Below, one piece after another: positions 18,382 to 27,381 of a stretch of DNA of 64,000 bases; position 1 is the first letter of the stretch, and every line of letters begins with the position of its first letter. The notes beneath the pieces were generated by a model. It was given only the letters and a program-made list of their open reading frames with translations. It was not told where the DNA came from and did no database searches. A program made the position numbers and the translations under genes. The stretch is from a bacterium (lineage in GTDB: Bacteria; Electryoneota; RPQS01): positions 296,526-360,525 of the forward strand of contig JADJCU010000001.1 of assembly GCA_016703065.1 (NCBI GenBank), written 5' to 3'.

Positions 18382-19008
18382 ATGAAGTCCAGACGGAACT
18401 ATCTGATCCTTACCGCAATGACACTCGGCGTCCTGACCAGCGCCTTCCTCTTTCCCAGGAATATCTCCGCTGCCGCGCTCCAGATCGGTGCTACCGCACC
18501 CGCCTTTGAATTGAAAAATGTCGACGAAAAGCTGGTCTCGCTTGCCGGTGCCGCCGGTGAAAAAGGCACGCTCGTCGTCTTCACCTGCAACCACTGTCCG
18601 TTTGCCATTGCCTACGAGGACCGCCTGATTGCCCTGGCCAAGGAGTTTCAAGCACAAGGCATCAATTTCATCGCCGTCAGCCCCAACGATCCTCTGCTTC
18701 AGCCCAAAGACGGCTTCGCTGAAATGCAGCAGCGCGCCAAAGAGAAAAGCCTGCCCTATCCGTATCTCATCAATGAAGACGGTTCCGTCGCCAAAGCCTA
18801 CGGCGCGGCACGTACGCCTGAAGCATTCCTCCTCGATACCGAGCTGAAAGTCGTCTACACGGGCCGCATTGATGACAACACGGAAGTCAAAGACGTCAAG
18901 GTCAACGACCTGCGCAACGCGCTGACCAAACTCGTCCAGGGCAAGCCCGGCGATATCGATCCGAAAACCACGGCAGCTTTCGGTTGCACCATCAAATTCC
19001 GCAAATAA
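18382..19008 (+). CDS. periplasmic thioredoxin-fold thiol:disulfide oxidoreductase (TlpA/AhpC-TSA-like redoxin)
   Basis: Signal/anchor sequence (MKSRRNYLILTAMTLGVLTSAFLF) and a CxxC active site 'FTCNHCPF'. The thioredoxin-like layout includes 'PYPYLINEDGSVAKAYGA..TPEAFLLD'. Confidence 0.75.
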   Translation: MKSRRNYLILTAMTLGVLTSAFLFPRNISAAALQIGATAPAFELKNVDEKLVSLAGAAGEKGTLVVFTCNHCPFAIAYEDRLIALAKEFQAQGINFIAVSPNDPLLQPKDGFAEMQQRAKEKSLPYPYLINEDGSVAKAYGAARTPEAFLLDTELKVVYTGRIDDNTEVKDVKVNDLRNALTKLVQGKPGDIDPKTTAAFGCTIKFRK

Positions 19009-19009
19009 C

Positions 19010-20053
19010 TCTGTTGCTCTACTCGCGGCGCTGCTCTGCTGCGCGCCGCTTTGTTGGCGCGCTGAACCCTATGTCATCGGCTTCTCCGGCGCGCCCGGCA
19101 CGCAATCGTGCGCGTCGTCCTGTCACGGCGAAGGCAGCGGCTCTGTCGAAATTCACGGCTTCCCCGAGTCCTACGTTCCCGATTCGCTCTATCTCATCCA
19201 GATCGCAAGTAGCGGACTCCTGATCAAGAACTTCAATGCGTCCTGCCGCTACGGCAATGGCACACAGGAGGCCGGAACCCTGAGCGGCACCGGCGTCACT
19301 GAAGCCTATTCCGTCGCCGGAGAGCTTAACGGAATTCACCTCGCGGAGGTCGATCAAGATACCGTCGAATTTCTCTGGCAGGCTCCCACACACGGCGCCG
19401 GCGAAGTTCGGCTCTATCTCGCGGCGCATCAGGGGCACGACACCGGACCGAACAATGATCTGATGCTGATCGCTCAAGAACAGATCGTTCCGCAGCGGCC
19501 CGACGTGCCGCATCACCCGTTTCCGGCTGATAGTGCCGTCGCTGTGAGTGTTAACGTAACGCTGTCATGGGATGAAGTCGCGCGCGCCGATTCGTTCCGC
19601 GTTTACTTCGGAGTAGATTCCCTCCCCGAACTTGTCGCCACGCAGCGCCTCGTGCAATATACTCCGCCGGAACTGGTTCCCGAATCGCGCTACTATTGGC
19701 GCGTCGAGGCATTTAACGATGTCGGCACATCGTCCGGGCCGCGCTGGACCTTCGTCACCGAAGCGTCTTCAAACTCTAACACCGCATTTCCATTAGCATT
19801 CAAATTTCATTCTTCTTATCCCAATCCATTTAATCACTCAACCTCCTTTTCCCTCGAACTCTACTCTCCTCAATATCTCGTCATTAGTGTTGTGAATATG
19901 CTGGGCCACCGCGTAGCTACGCTGCATCAAGGACAACTAAGCAGCGGAACCTACAGGTTTGACTGGACACCGGACGGCGCGACAGGTCTATACTTCCTGT
20001 CCGTCCGCGGCACCCCTACCGACCAACTCTTCAAACTTCTCTATCTGAAGTAG
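19010..20053 (+). CDS. T9SS-sorted protein, paralog 1 of the CX3CH-domain family (start codon not identifiable)
   Basis: The listed ORF starts at 19463. The same frame is open back to 19010 and encodes the family N-domain ('GFSGAPGTQSCASSCHGEGSGSVEIHGFPESYVPDSLYLIQI..GEVRLYLAAHQG') preceded by a signal-like 'ALLAALLCCAPLCW'. There is no ATG, GTG or TTG in frame. One Fn3-like 'YYWRVEAFNDVGTSSGPRWTFVT' module and a T9SS tail ('YPNPFNHST..LLYLK') follow. Confidence 0.5.
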   Translation, partial: SVALLAALLCCAPLCWRAEPYVIGFSGAPGTQSCASSCHGEGSGSVEIHGFPESYVPDSLYLIQIASSGLLIKNFNASCRYGNGTQEAGTLSGTGVTEAYSVAGELNGIHLAEVDQDTVEFLWQAPTHGAGEVRLYLAAHQGHDTGPNNDLMLIAQEQIVPQRPDVPHHPFPADSAVAVSVNVTLSWDEVARADSFRVYFGVDSLPELVATQRLVQYTPPELVPESRYYWRVEAFNDVGTSSGPRWTFVTEASSNSNTAFPLAFKFHSSYPNPFNHSTSFSLELYSPQYLVISVVNMLGHRVATLHQGQLSSGTYRFDWTPDGATGLYFLSVRGTPTDQLFKLLYLK

Positions 20054-20155
20054 GCCGCCCAACGATGCGGCGCAATGGGACGCGAAAGCGTCCGCGCATC
20101 AACACTGAATTTCTGAGGAAGCAATTTTACATAACTATCTGTAGGAGAGTAGATC

Positions 20156-21328
20156 ATGAAACAGCTTTGGTTGTTCGTCCTTTTGATTGTCTCGAGCGTA
20201 AGTTTCGCCACCATTCACCCCGTGAATGTCAATGCGCTGTCGTTCTCGCCCGCAAATCTCACGGTGCAGCAGGGCGATACTGTCCGTTGGATCAAGACCG
20301 GTGGTTTTCACAATGTCTCCGAAGTCTCGAATCCGTCCGTCTTCCGCAGCGGTGAACCCACCGGAAGCGCTTTCACGTACGATTTCGCTTTCAATGCCCC
20401 GCTTTCAGGCACCTACAACTACGAGTGCGAAGTTCACGCCGGATCAGGCATGGTCGGGACCGTCACCGTCGAAGCCGGTGGTTCGCCGCCGGATGCGCCG
20501 ACTTACCTCGGACCGATGAATGGCGCAACCGATCTTGCAACTTCCGGCAGCTTGCAGTGGAATACTGCGCTTGGCGCTGACCACTACATCGTCCGCCTCG
20601 GCACCTCAAATCCGCCTGCAATTGTGGATGCTGACTTCAACGGTACGTCGTACGACTACTCCGGCCTGAGCAACGGCACACAGTATTTCTGGCAGATCAT
20701 CTCTGAAAATGATTTTGGCACGGCCGATGGCAATGTCTGGTCCTTCACCACAATCGATCCGCTGCCGGGGCAGGCGAACAGTCCATTCCCGGTTGACACC
20801 GCCACAAACGTCCCGATTACGACCTTCCTCGGTTGGGATCCTGCCGATTTCGCCGATAGCTATGAAGTCTTTATCGGAACGGCTGAGCCGCTCACATCCC
20901 TCGGCACAACGACGGAAACGACGATTACGCCGACGGCCGCACTGATCCACTCGACCAGTTATCTCTGGCGCGTGAACTCCACCAACGGTGCGGGCACGAC
21001 CACTGGTGCCACTTGGCACTTCACCACTGAAGCAGGTTCCGCAGTTGGTGATCGTCCCATCCCGACGGCCTTCGAACTCGGCGCGGCCTACCCCAATCCG
21101 TTCAACAGCAACGTTCGGATCAGCCTGAGTATTCCAACCGAGAGCTTCGCACTTGCGCGAGTCTATGCCATCACGGGCCGCGAAGTGGCCACGCTCCTGA
21201 CTGCGCTGATGTCCGCCGGAGCGCACGACCTCGAGTGGAATGCGGCCGGACAGTCCGCCGGTCTCTACTTCCTGAAGTGCGAGTGCGCCGGCCTTACGCA
21301 AACGCAGAAACTCATCTATCTGCCGTAG
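20156..21328 (+). CDS. T9SS-sorted type-1 copper (cupredoxin/plastocyanin-like) protein with three Fn3-like modules
   Basis: Signal peptide MKQLWLFVLLIVSSVSFA and a cupredoxin domain with ligands 'GFHNV' (His) and 'YECEVHAGSGM' (C-X2-H-X4-M). Three 'P..dgA.nv....L.W......Y.(V/I)..G...........YFW/YLWRV..N..G...G..W.FTT' modules precede the T9SS tail 'YPNPFNSNV..KLIYLP'. Confidence 0.8.
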   Translation: MKQLWLFVLLIVSSVSFATIHPVNVNALSFSPANLTVQQGDTVRWIKTGGFHNVSEVSNPSVFRSGEPTGSAFTYDFAFNAPLSGTYNYECEVHAGSGMVGTVTVEAGGSPPDAPTYLGPMNGATDLATSGSLQWNTALGADHYIVRLGTSNPPAIVDADFNGTSYDYSGLSNGTQYFWQIISENDFGTADGNVWSFTTIDPLPGQANSPFPVDTATNVPITTFLGWDPADFADSYEVFIGTAEPLTSLGTTTETTITPTAALIHSTSYLWRVNSTNGAGTTTGATWHFTTEAGSAVGDRPIPTAFELGAAYPNPFNSNVRISLSIPTESFALARVYAITGREVATLLTALMSAGAHDLEWNAAGQSAGLYFLKCECAGLTQTQKLIYLP

Positions 21329-21379
21329 TTCCTGCGAGACATCTAATCCACAGTTCTTGCTGCGGTTGACCAGTTCATG

Positions 21380-21420
21380 CCCCCCCATTCTCCGCCGTGA
21401 GAATGGGGGGAGTGCTTTTT
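21380..21420 (+). terminator. rho-independent terminator
   Basis: Perfect 12-bp stem CCCCCCATTCTC/GAGAATGGGGGG followed by AGTGCTTTTT. Confidence 0.8.
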
Positions 21421-21440
21421 CAATTCTGAGGTATTGCTCC

Positions 21441-22505
21441 ATGTTCCGCAACCTGTTCTTGGTCACAGCGCTTGTTTCGTTCGCCTCAATCGCCGCCGCC
21501 GACCCTGGCAATCGCGGCTACTCTGGTGCCCCCGGCACTCCGGGCCGTTGTGCCTCCGCCTGCCATGGGGTCAATGGCGGCACCGTCCAAATCACTGGAT
21601 TCCCGACGGAATATGTCCCGGACTCAACTTATCTGATTACCATTCAGGCCGTATCGGGATTGCCGATCAAGAACTTCAACGGCTCTGTGCGCCGGGGAAC
21701 ATCCACTGCCAACGCCGGTGTCATCACCGCTGCGACAAACACGACAACGTACAATGTCGTCAATGAAACCAACGGCATTCACCTCAATGCGCTCGACCGC
21801 CAAAGCGCCACCTTTAACTGGCGAGCCCCGGACGCCGGTACCGGAACGGTCCGGCTCTATGTCGGTGCCCATCAGGGCGAACGCCACACCGGGCCCAATA
21901 CCAATATCACCCTGATCTCTGACGAAGCTGTTCTGCCCGCCGCCCCCGGCCAGGCCCAGAATCCGAATCCTGCTGACGGCGCGTCAAACGTCGCCATGCC
22001 CGTGATCCTCCGCTGGAGCAGTGCCGCTGGCGCCGAAAGCTATGAAATTTTTCTCGGAACCGCCGAACCATTGCTCTCCATCGGCAGCTCGTTCGCAACG
22101 TCTATCGTCCCGCCGGATTTGCTCCCCGGTCAATACTACATCTGGCGAGTCGATGCAATCAACGATGGCGGGACGACACCCGGCGATATCTGGAGTTTCA
22201 CTACCGAGTCCGGTTCAGACGCACGAGAGCACGGTATCGTCCTGAACAGCTCACTCGTGTCAGCCTACCCCAATCCCTTTAACAGCACGGTAATTCTCTC
22301 CCTGACGCTGGCGAATTCCGGACTGACAACGGTCACTATATTTGACATTACCGGTCGCGAAATCGCGACTCTCGCCAATGAGTTTCTTGCGCAAGGTGAA
22401 CACCGGTTTGGCTGGAATGCCGCTGGATACGCCGCCGGTATCTATGTCTTCAGGTGCGATTGCGCAGGTTTGACACTCTCACAAAAAGTTGCTTTCTTAC
22501 CCTAA
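21441..22505 (+). CDS. T9SS-sorted protein, paralog 2 of the CX3CH-domain family
   Basis: Start at ATG 21441 (signal MFRNLFLVTALVSFASIAAA). N-domain 'GYSGAPGTPGRCASACHGVNGGTVQITGFPTEYVPDSTYLITI..GTVRLYVGAHQG', one Fn3-like module, and the T9SS tail 'YPNPFNSTV..KVAFLP'. Confidence 0.7.
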   Translation: MFRNLFLVTALVSFASIAAADPGNRGYSGAPGTPGRCASACHGVNGGTVQITGFPTEYVPDSTYLITIQAVSGLPIKNFNGSVRRGTSTANAGVITAATNTTTYNVVNETNGIHLNALDRQSATFNWRAPDAGTGTVRLYVGAHQGERHTGPNTNITLISDEAVLPAAPGQAQNPNPADGASNVAMPVILRWSSAAGAESYEIFLGTAEPLLSIGSSFATSIVPPDLLPGQYYIWRVDAINDGGTTPGDIWSFTTESGSDAREHGIVLNSSLVSAYPNPFNSTVILSLTLANSGLTTVTIFDITGREIATLANEFLAQGEHRFGWNAAGYAAGIYVFRCDCAGLTLSQKVAFLP

Positions 22506-22586
22506 CGCGTGACGGTCTTTCCGATCGGGGAAGTTGGCGAGACTCGCTTGTGTCTCGCTTAATTCTTCAATCAGGAGGCTCCTGTC

Positions 22587-23954
22587 ATGTTCCTCACTCG
22601 CACTGTTTGCCTGCTATTGCTTCTTTCTGTGGCAGGTACCGTCCTCGCGCGCTCGAACTTCCGGGCCTATTCGGGTGCTCCCGGCACGCTCGGATCCTGT
22701 GCCTCGTCCTGTCACGGACAATCAAACGGCACCGTAGAAATCACCGGCTTCCCGGAGAGCTACGTCCCCGACTCCACCTACCTCATCACGATTGCTGCCG
22801 TCAGCGGGCAGTCCATCAACAATTTCAACGCCTCCGTCCGGGTCGGTACGGGTTCAACGAACGCGGGAACCCTTTCCAACGGCGCAAACGTCTCTACGTA
22901 CAACGTTGCGCAAGAGACCAACGGCGTTCACTTCTCGACGAATAACCACACCAGCGGCACGTTTAACTGGCTCGCTCCCGCGGAAGGCACCGGAACCGTG
23001 CGGCTCTACGCTGGCTCCTTCCAAGGCACTAACGAAAACAGCGGTCAAAACTCGGAGTTTGTTCTCGTCGCCGAGGAAGACGTCATTGAAGCACCGCCCG
23101 GATTGGCAACCAATCCCTCGCCTCCAGATAGCGCGGTCGACGTCCCGGTGATGAACACCTTACTCGCATGGACTGCTGCAAACCGCGCGAATAGCTATGA
23201 GATCTTCATCGGCCTTGAAGATGCCTATTGGTCCATCGGCTCAACCACCGCGACCAATATCACAATTCCCGATGTGCTGAACTACGCCGCTGACTACGTT
23301 TGGCGAGTGGACCCGACCAACGACTTCGGCACAACCACCGGCACAACGTGGCACTTCAGCACCGAAGCCGAGCTGCCGCCGCTTCCTGATCAAGTCGCCA
23401 ACCCATCTCCTGCGAATGGCGCACAAAATGTCCCCGTCACCCTCACACTCGTGAGCTGGGGTGCCGCGAATGGCGCGGAGAGTTATCAAATCTATTGGGG
23501 ACTTACGTCTACCCCCGACTATCTCGGCGCGATACCGATGACGAACTTCGTCATGACGAATGACTTGCTCTTCGATACCATGTACTATTGGCGGATCAAT
23601 TCTGTCAATCAAGCCGGTGTCACGGAAGGCGCGCTGTGGAGCTTCCGCACCGAAGCGCAATCCGCTCTCGGCGATCAGCCGCTTGCCATCGAGTTCGTCG
23701 TCAGCCCTGCCTATCCGAATCCGTTTAACAGCTCCGTTCACATCGCGCTCAGCGTACCCGTGGCCGACCGCATTACCGCCCTCATCTACGACCGGCTGGG
23801 CCGTGCTGTTGCGACCCTCGCGGATAATCAACCCTTTGCCAGCGGTATCACGTTGCTGTCGTGGAATGCGCAAGCTCATGCCGCCGGAACCTACTTTTTG
23901 CGCGTAGAGTCTTCGCACAATGCACACACTCAGCGCCTGATCTATTTGCCGTAA
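22587..23954 (+). CDS. T9SS-sorted protein, paralog 3 of the CX3CH-domain family
   Basis: AGGAGG RBS and signal MFLTRTVCLLLLLSVAGTVLA. N-domain 'AYSGAPGTLGSCASSCHGQSNGTVEITGFPESYVPDSTYLITI..GTVRLYAGSFQG', two Fn3-like modules, and the T9SS tail 'YPNPFNSSV..RLIYLP'. Confidence 0.7.
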   Translation: MFLTRTVCLLLLLSVAGTVLARSNFRAYSGAPGTLGSCASSCHGQSNGTVEITGFPESYVPDSTYLITIAAVSGQSINNFNASVRVGTGSTNAGTLSNGANVSTYNVAQETNGVHFSTNNHTSGTFNWLAPAEGTGTVRLYAGSFQGTNENSGQNSEFVLVAEEDVIEAPPGLATNPSPPDSAVDVPVMNTLLAWTAANRANSYEIFIGLEDAYWSIGSTTATNITIPDVLNYAADYVWRVDPTNDFGTTTGTTWHFSTEAELPPLPDQVANPSPANGAQNVPVTLTLVSWGAANGAESYQIYWGLTSTPDYLGAIPMTNFVMTNDLLFDTMYYWRINSVNQAGVTEGALWSFRTEAQSALGDQPLAIEFVVSPAYPNPFNSSVHIALSVPVADRITALIYDRLGRAVATLADNQPFASGITLLSWNAQAHAAGTYFLRVESSHNAHTQRLIYLP

Positions 23955-23983
23955 TCGTCTCCCCGCAAAGTCCTCGACGCAGA

Positions 23984-24010
23984 AAGGGCTCGCATCACGC
24001 GAGCCCTTTT
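23984..24010. terminator. bidirectional rho-independent terminator
   Basis: Hairpin AAGGGCTCGC-ATCAC-GCGAGCCCTT with TTTT on the + side and TTCT on the - side, between convergent genes. Confidence 0.75.
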
Positions 24011-24032
24011 GTCATCCGAAACTGTCTTTACC

Positions 24033-25571
24033 CTACGGTCGAGAGCAGACGACAAAGAACTGCCGGTCATCCGCAATAGTGGCCGGATCAATGACCACCA
24101 TCGTATCTGTTGTCGTACTCACGAACGCGTACGGACCATCCGACGACGCCGAGGCCTTTAAGTCGTATTGTACGCCGGGCGGCGATCCTGTGGGCCGCTT
24201 CCAGCGGAGCTCAATCATCCCGCCCACAACGTGCGCCACCAGTTCCCCCGGCGGACCGGGCAGAACAACGTCACCAAACGGATACGCCCCGATGTCCGCC
24301 ACTGTGCCGTCGGGGTCATGCGGCCGCGACGGACTTGCGGCGTCAATGCACGTGGAGGCCGCAGTCAAATGCAAGTCCCGCGCTGCCGTGTCCGCAAACA
24401 ACGGATCATTGAACAGATTGTGATAGACGTCGCACGAGTCTCCGTTCGCGTTCAGCATTGATAGCTGGCCCAGACCCGGCGCTGCAAGCGTCGAGTCATC
24501 GCTCCAAAACCGAATGTTGCCGTTTGCGTTCCCGTAGAAGTCACAGTATTCGATGGTCGCGTTTTGATCCCACGTATTGTCTATCATCAGACCCGAGTTG
24601 CTCGAGAATGCGAAGATACAGCCGCTGATAACTGACGGCGACCAACAGTACATCTCCCCGCCGTACTCCGTCGCCCGGTTCAGCGCGAATGTGCAGTGGT
24701 AAAAGAACGTCGTATCTTCACTCAAATACACTGCTCCGCCATAGACCGCGCTATTGTCATAGAACACGCATTGGTCAAAGACCGGCTTGGGAGACGTGTA
24801 GTTTGCCAAAATCGCGCCGCCCCATTAGAACGCCGAGTTGCCCGCAAACACGCAACGATTGAATTGCGGAGCTGCGTAGAAGACCATGTTCACCGCGCCG
24901 CCGCCGCCGCCATAGAACTCATCGGCGTTCAATGTCGCTGAGTTACCGATGAAGTCGCAGTCGTTGAACACCGGGTCCGCCGACTGCTCCAAATTCACCG
25001 CGCCGCCGTACTGCGCATGATTATCCACGAAGTCACACGCTGTGAACACCGGGCTCGCTCCGTAAGTTGCACTCATGCCGCCGCCATAGTATGTCGGTGC
25101 AATGTTGTGCCGAATCGAGCAATGGGAAACGACAGGAGACGATGTTGAGAAGTAGAGGCCGCCGCCCTTTGTTTCCTCATATGGCCGCCAGTAATCTGAA
25201 GCCCGGGCATATTCTATCACACTGTACTCTAACCGCGAGGCGCTCGATCCTTCGGAAAAGCGTAGGCCGCCCCACCGCTCCTGAATTGCCGCCGTATCAC
25301 ACGTGAACGTCACGGAATCCGCAGCGGTCCCAAGCGCCTTCAGTATCCCGTACACGTCAACCTTATACCATCCCTCAAACCGGACTATGACTCCCGGTTC
25401 GATTATCAGAGAGTCCGCCGCATCAACATAGATATCGCCGCCGATCACAAAGGGACTGTTAGCCGTCACCCACATTCCGGAGACGGCACCGCCCGGTATC
25501 ACGGTGTCCGCACTGACGCTCTGCGCAATAGTCAGCACCGCGAAACATAACAGGAATTTTAGCTGCTTCAT
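24033..25571 (-). pseudogene. secreted right-handed beta-helix repeat protein with a single in-frame TAA
   Basis: Signal MKQLKFLLCFAVLTIAQSVSA (start ATG 25571). Repeated 'N.A..YGGA(V/I)' coils run straight through the stop at 24825-24827 ('CVFAGNSAF*WGGAILANYTSPKPVFDQCVFYDNSAVYGGAVYL'). The C-terminal domain is Fn3-like. It is paralogous to the 48413-50557 gene. Confidence 0.6.
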
Positions 25572-25728
25572 TTTCGCACCTATTTTGTCACAATTGAGGC
25601 ATGACAATATAAGTTACGTAACGCATCGCCGAGGTTCAAGCAAAAAGAAACCGCACATTCGGGCAATCGCGAACGATGAGTCGCTTTGCGCCGCACGTGC
25701 GGGTCAATGTGGTTCTATTCCCCTGCCG

Positions 25729-27164
25729 CTACATCAGATGAATCGACTTGATGACCAGCATCTTCTCGACTTGCATGTCCCGAATCGAATACGGTATTCC
25801 CCCCACGCCAAACCCCGAGTGCCTTAATCCCGCAAACGGCATCCAATCGACTCGAAACGCCGTATGCTCGTTGACCATCACCGCCGAGCCATTCAGCTTC
25901 GTGAACGCTTGCATCGCCGTATCAAGACTCCGGGTATACACTGCCGCCTGAAACACATACGGCGTGTTGTTTGCCCGCGTAATCGCCTCGTCCATGTCCT
26001 TGTATGGATACACGCACACCACTGGACCGAAAATCTCCTGCGTCGAAACTTTTGAACTGTCTTGCGCATTCCACAACACTGTGCAGCTATAGCACGTATC
26101 CGACACCGGCACGGCGCCCGACAACGGGACTGCTCCTCTGCAATCGCTTCACGCACCCACATGTTCACCCGCGTAACTTCCTGCGGTCTAATCAGCGGGC
26201 CTATATCTGTCTCCGACTGCGTTGGATTCCCGACAACTTGCTTCTTGGCCACTTCTGCCAGCGCATGCGCGAAATCCGCCGCAATCGAATCATGAACATA
26301 GATGCGCTGCGTTGAAACGCATACCTGCCCCGCATGGTAAAAGCTCGCCTTCGCCAACGGCCCGACCGCAGCGCGCCAATCCGCGTCTTCCGCTACGATC
26401 ACCGGCGCTATCCCGCCATGCTCCAAGGCACAGCGCGTCCCCGGCGCCAACTTCGACCGCAGCATCCAACCCACCTTTGCGCTGCCGATAAACGTCAGAA
26501 AACCGACGCGCCAATCCGTCGCGAGCTTCTCTGCAACGCTCAACTCGCTCGTGATACAGGCCTGACACCACGGCTCAGGCAGGCCCGCTTCATACAGCAT
26601 CCTCACAAACCGGAAACACGACAACGGCGCGTCATCGGCTGGCTTAACAACCACCGGGCAGCCGGCAGCAACTGCCGGACCCACCTGATGCGCAATCAGA
26701 TTCAGTGGATGATTAAACGCACTGATCGCCACCACCACGCCAATCGGCTCCCGCCGCGTCACCGCGAGCTTCCCGGACGATGCCGCATTTAAGTTCATCG
26801 CGATCTCCCGCCCCGCGTCTGTGCGCAGCGTCTCGATACACACCCGAATACTGTCCGCCGCGCGCAGCACCTCGACTCGTGAATCGACCAACGGCTTGCC
26901 CCCCTCACGAGATGCTTCAATCGCCAGATACTCCGCGCGCTCGAGAATCAACTTAGCCAGCTTCTCAAGGATCTCAAGTCGCTTGTGCACGGGAAGCCAG
27001 GCGTCCCGATCGCTGAACAACGCATGAGCGGTTGTTAGCGCGGCCTCGATGGCCTCGCCACCTGCCGTGTCCACGGTCGCAATCGGTGCCCGGTCGAACG
27101 GAGCGACCGCCTGCACGTGCCCGGATGCTTTCGCGCCCGGAATCATCAATGGATAATGTTCCAT
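25729..27164 (-). pseudogene. NAD(P)-dependent aldehyde dehydrogenase, frameshifted
   Basis: ALDH hallmarks ('AISAFNHPLNL', 'CALEHGGIAPVIV', 'AGQVCVSTQRIYV') run up to '..VREAIAE'. The family sequence then continues in another frame ('GAVPLSGAVPVSD..EIFGPVVCVYPYKDMDEAI..AVMVNEHTAFRVDWMPFAGLRHSGFG'). The shift is at about 26118-26135. Confidence 0.7.
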
Positions 27165-27381
27165 ACGTCAATCGCTAAAGGTGACTTTTCCCGCCCTCAT
27201 CAAAAAACCGGCAATCGTCTCGGCCGCAGCGGCAGGAAACTGCTGCTGCCCCGCTAATCGGTGAAAATAGCGATTTCCTGCCAAAAAACAAAGCTCAATG
27301 CCCCCCTGCCGTGCCCTTTACTTGCAAACCCCGCAGAAAAGGCTAAATTGAGACTATTGACCACCATTCACCGCGCATCTG

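Noticed and set aside
16013-24827. Stop-codon reassignment or programmed readthrough as an explanation for the three in-frame TAA/TAG codons.
   Set aside because: TAA, TAG and TGA all end well-defined genes in this window, followed by terminators (e.g. TAA at 39403-39405 and 19006-19008, TAG at 21326-21328 and 40147-40149, TGA at 7009-7011). Both TAA and TAG are involved, and no Pyl or Sec context is visible. A nonsense mutation or consensus error is simpler.
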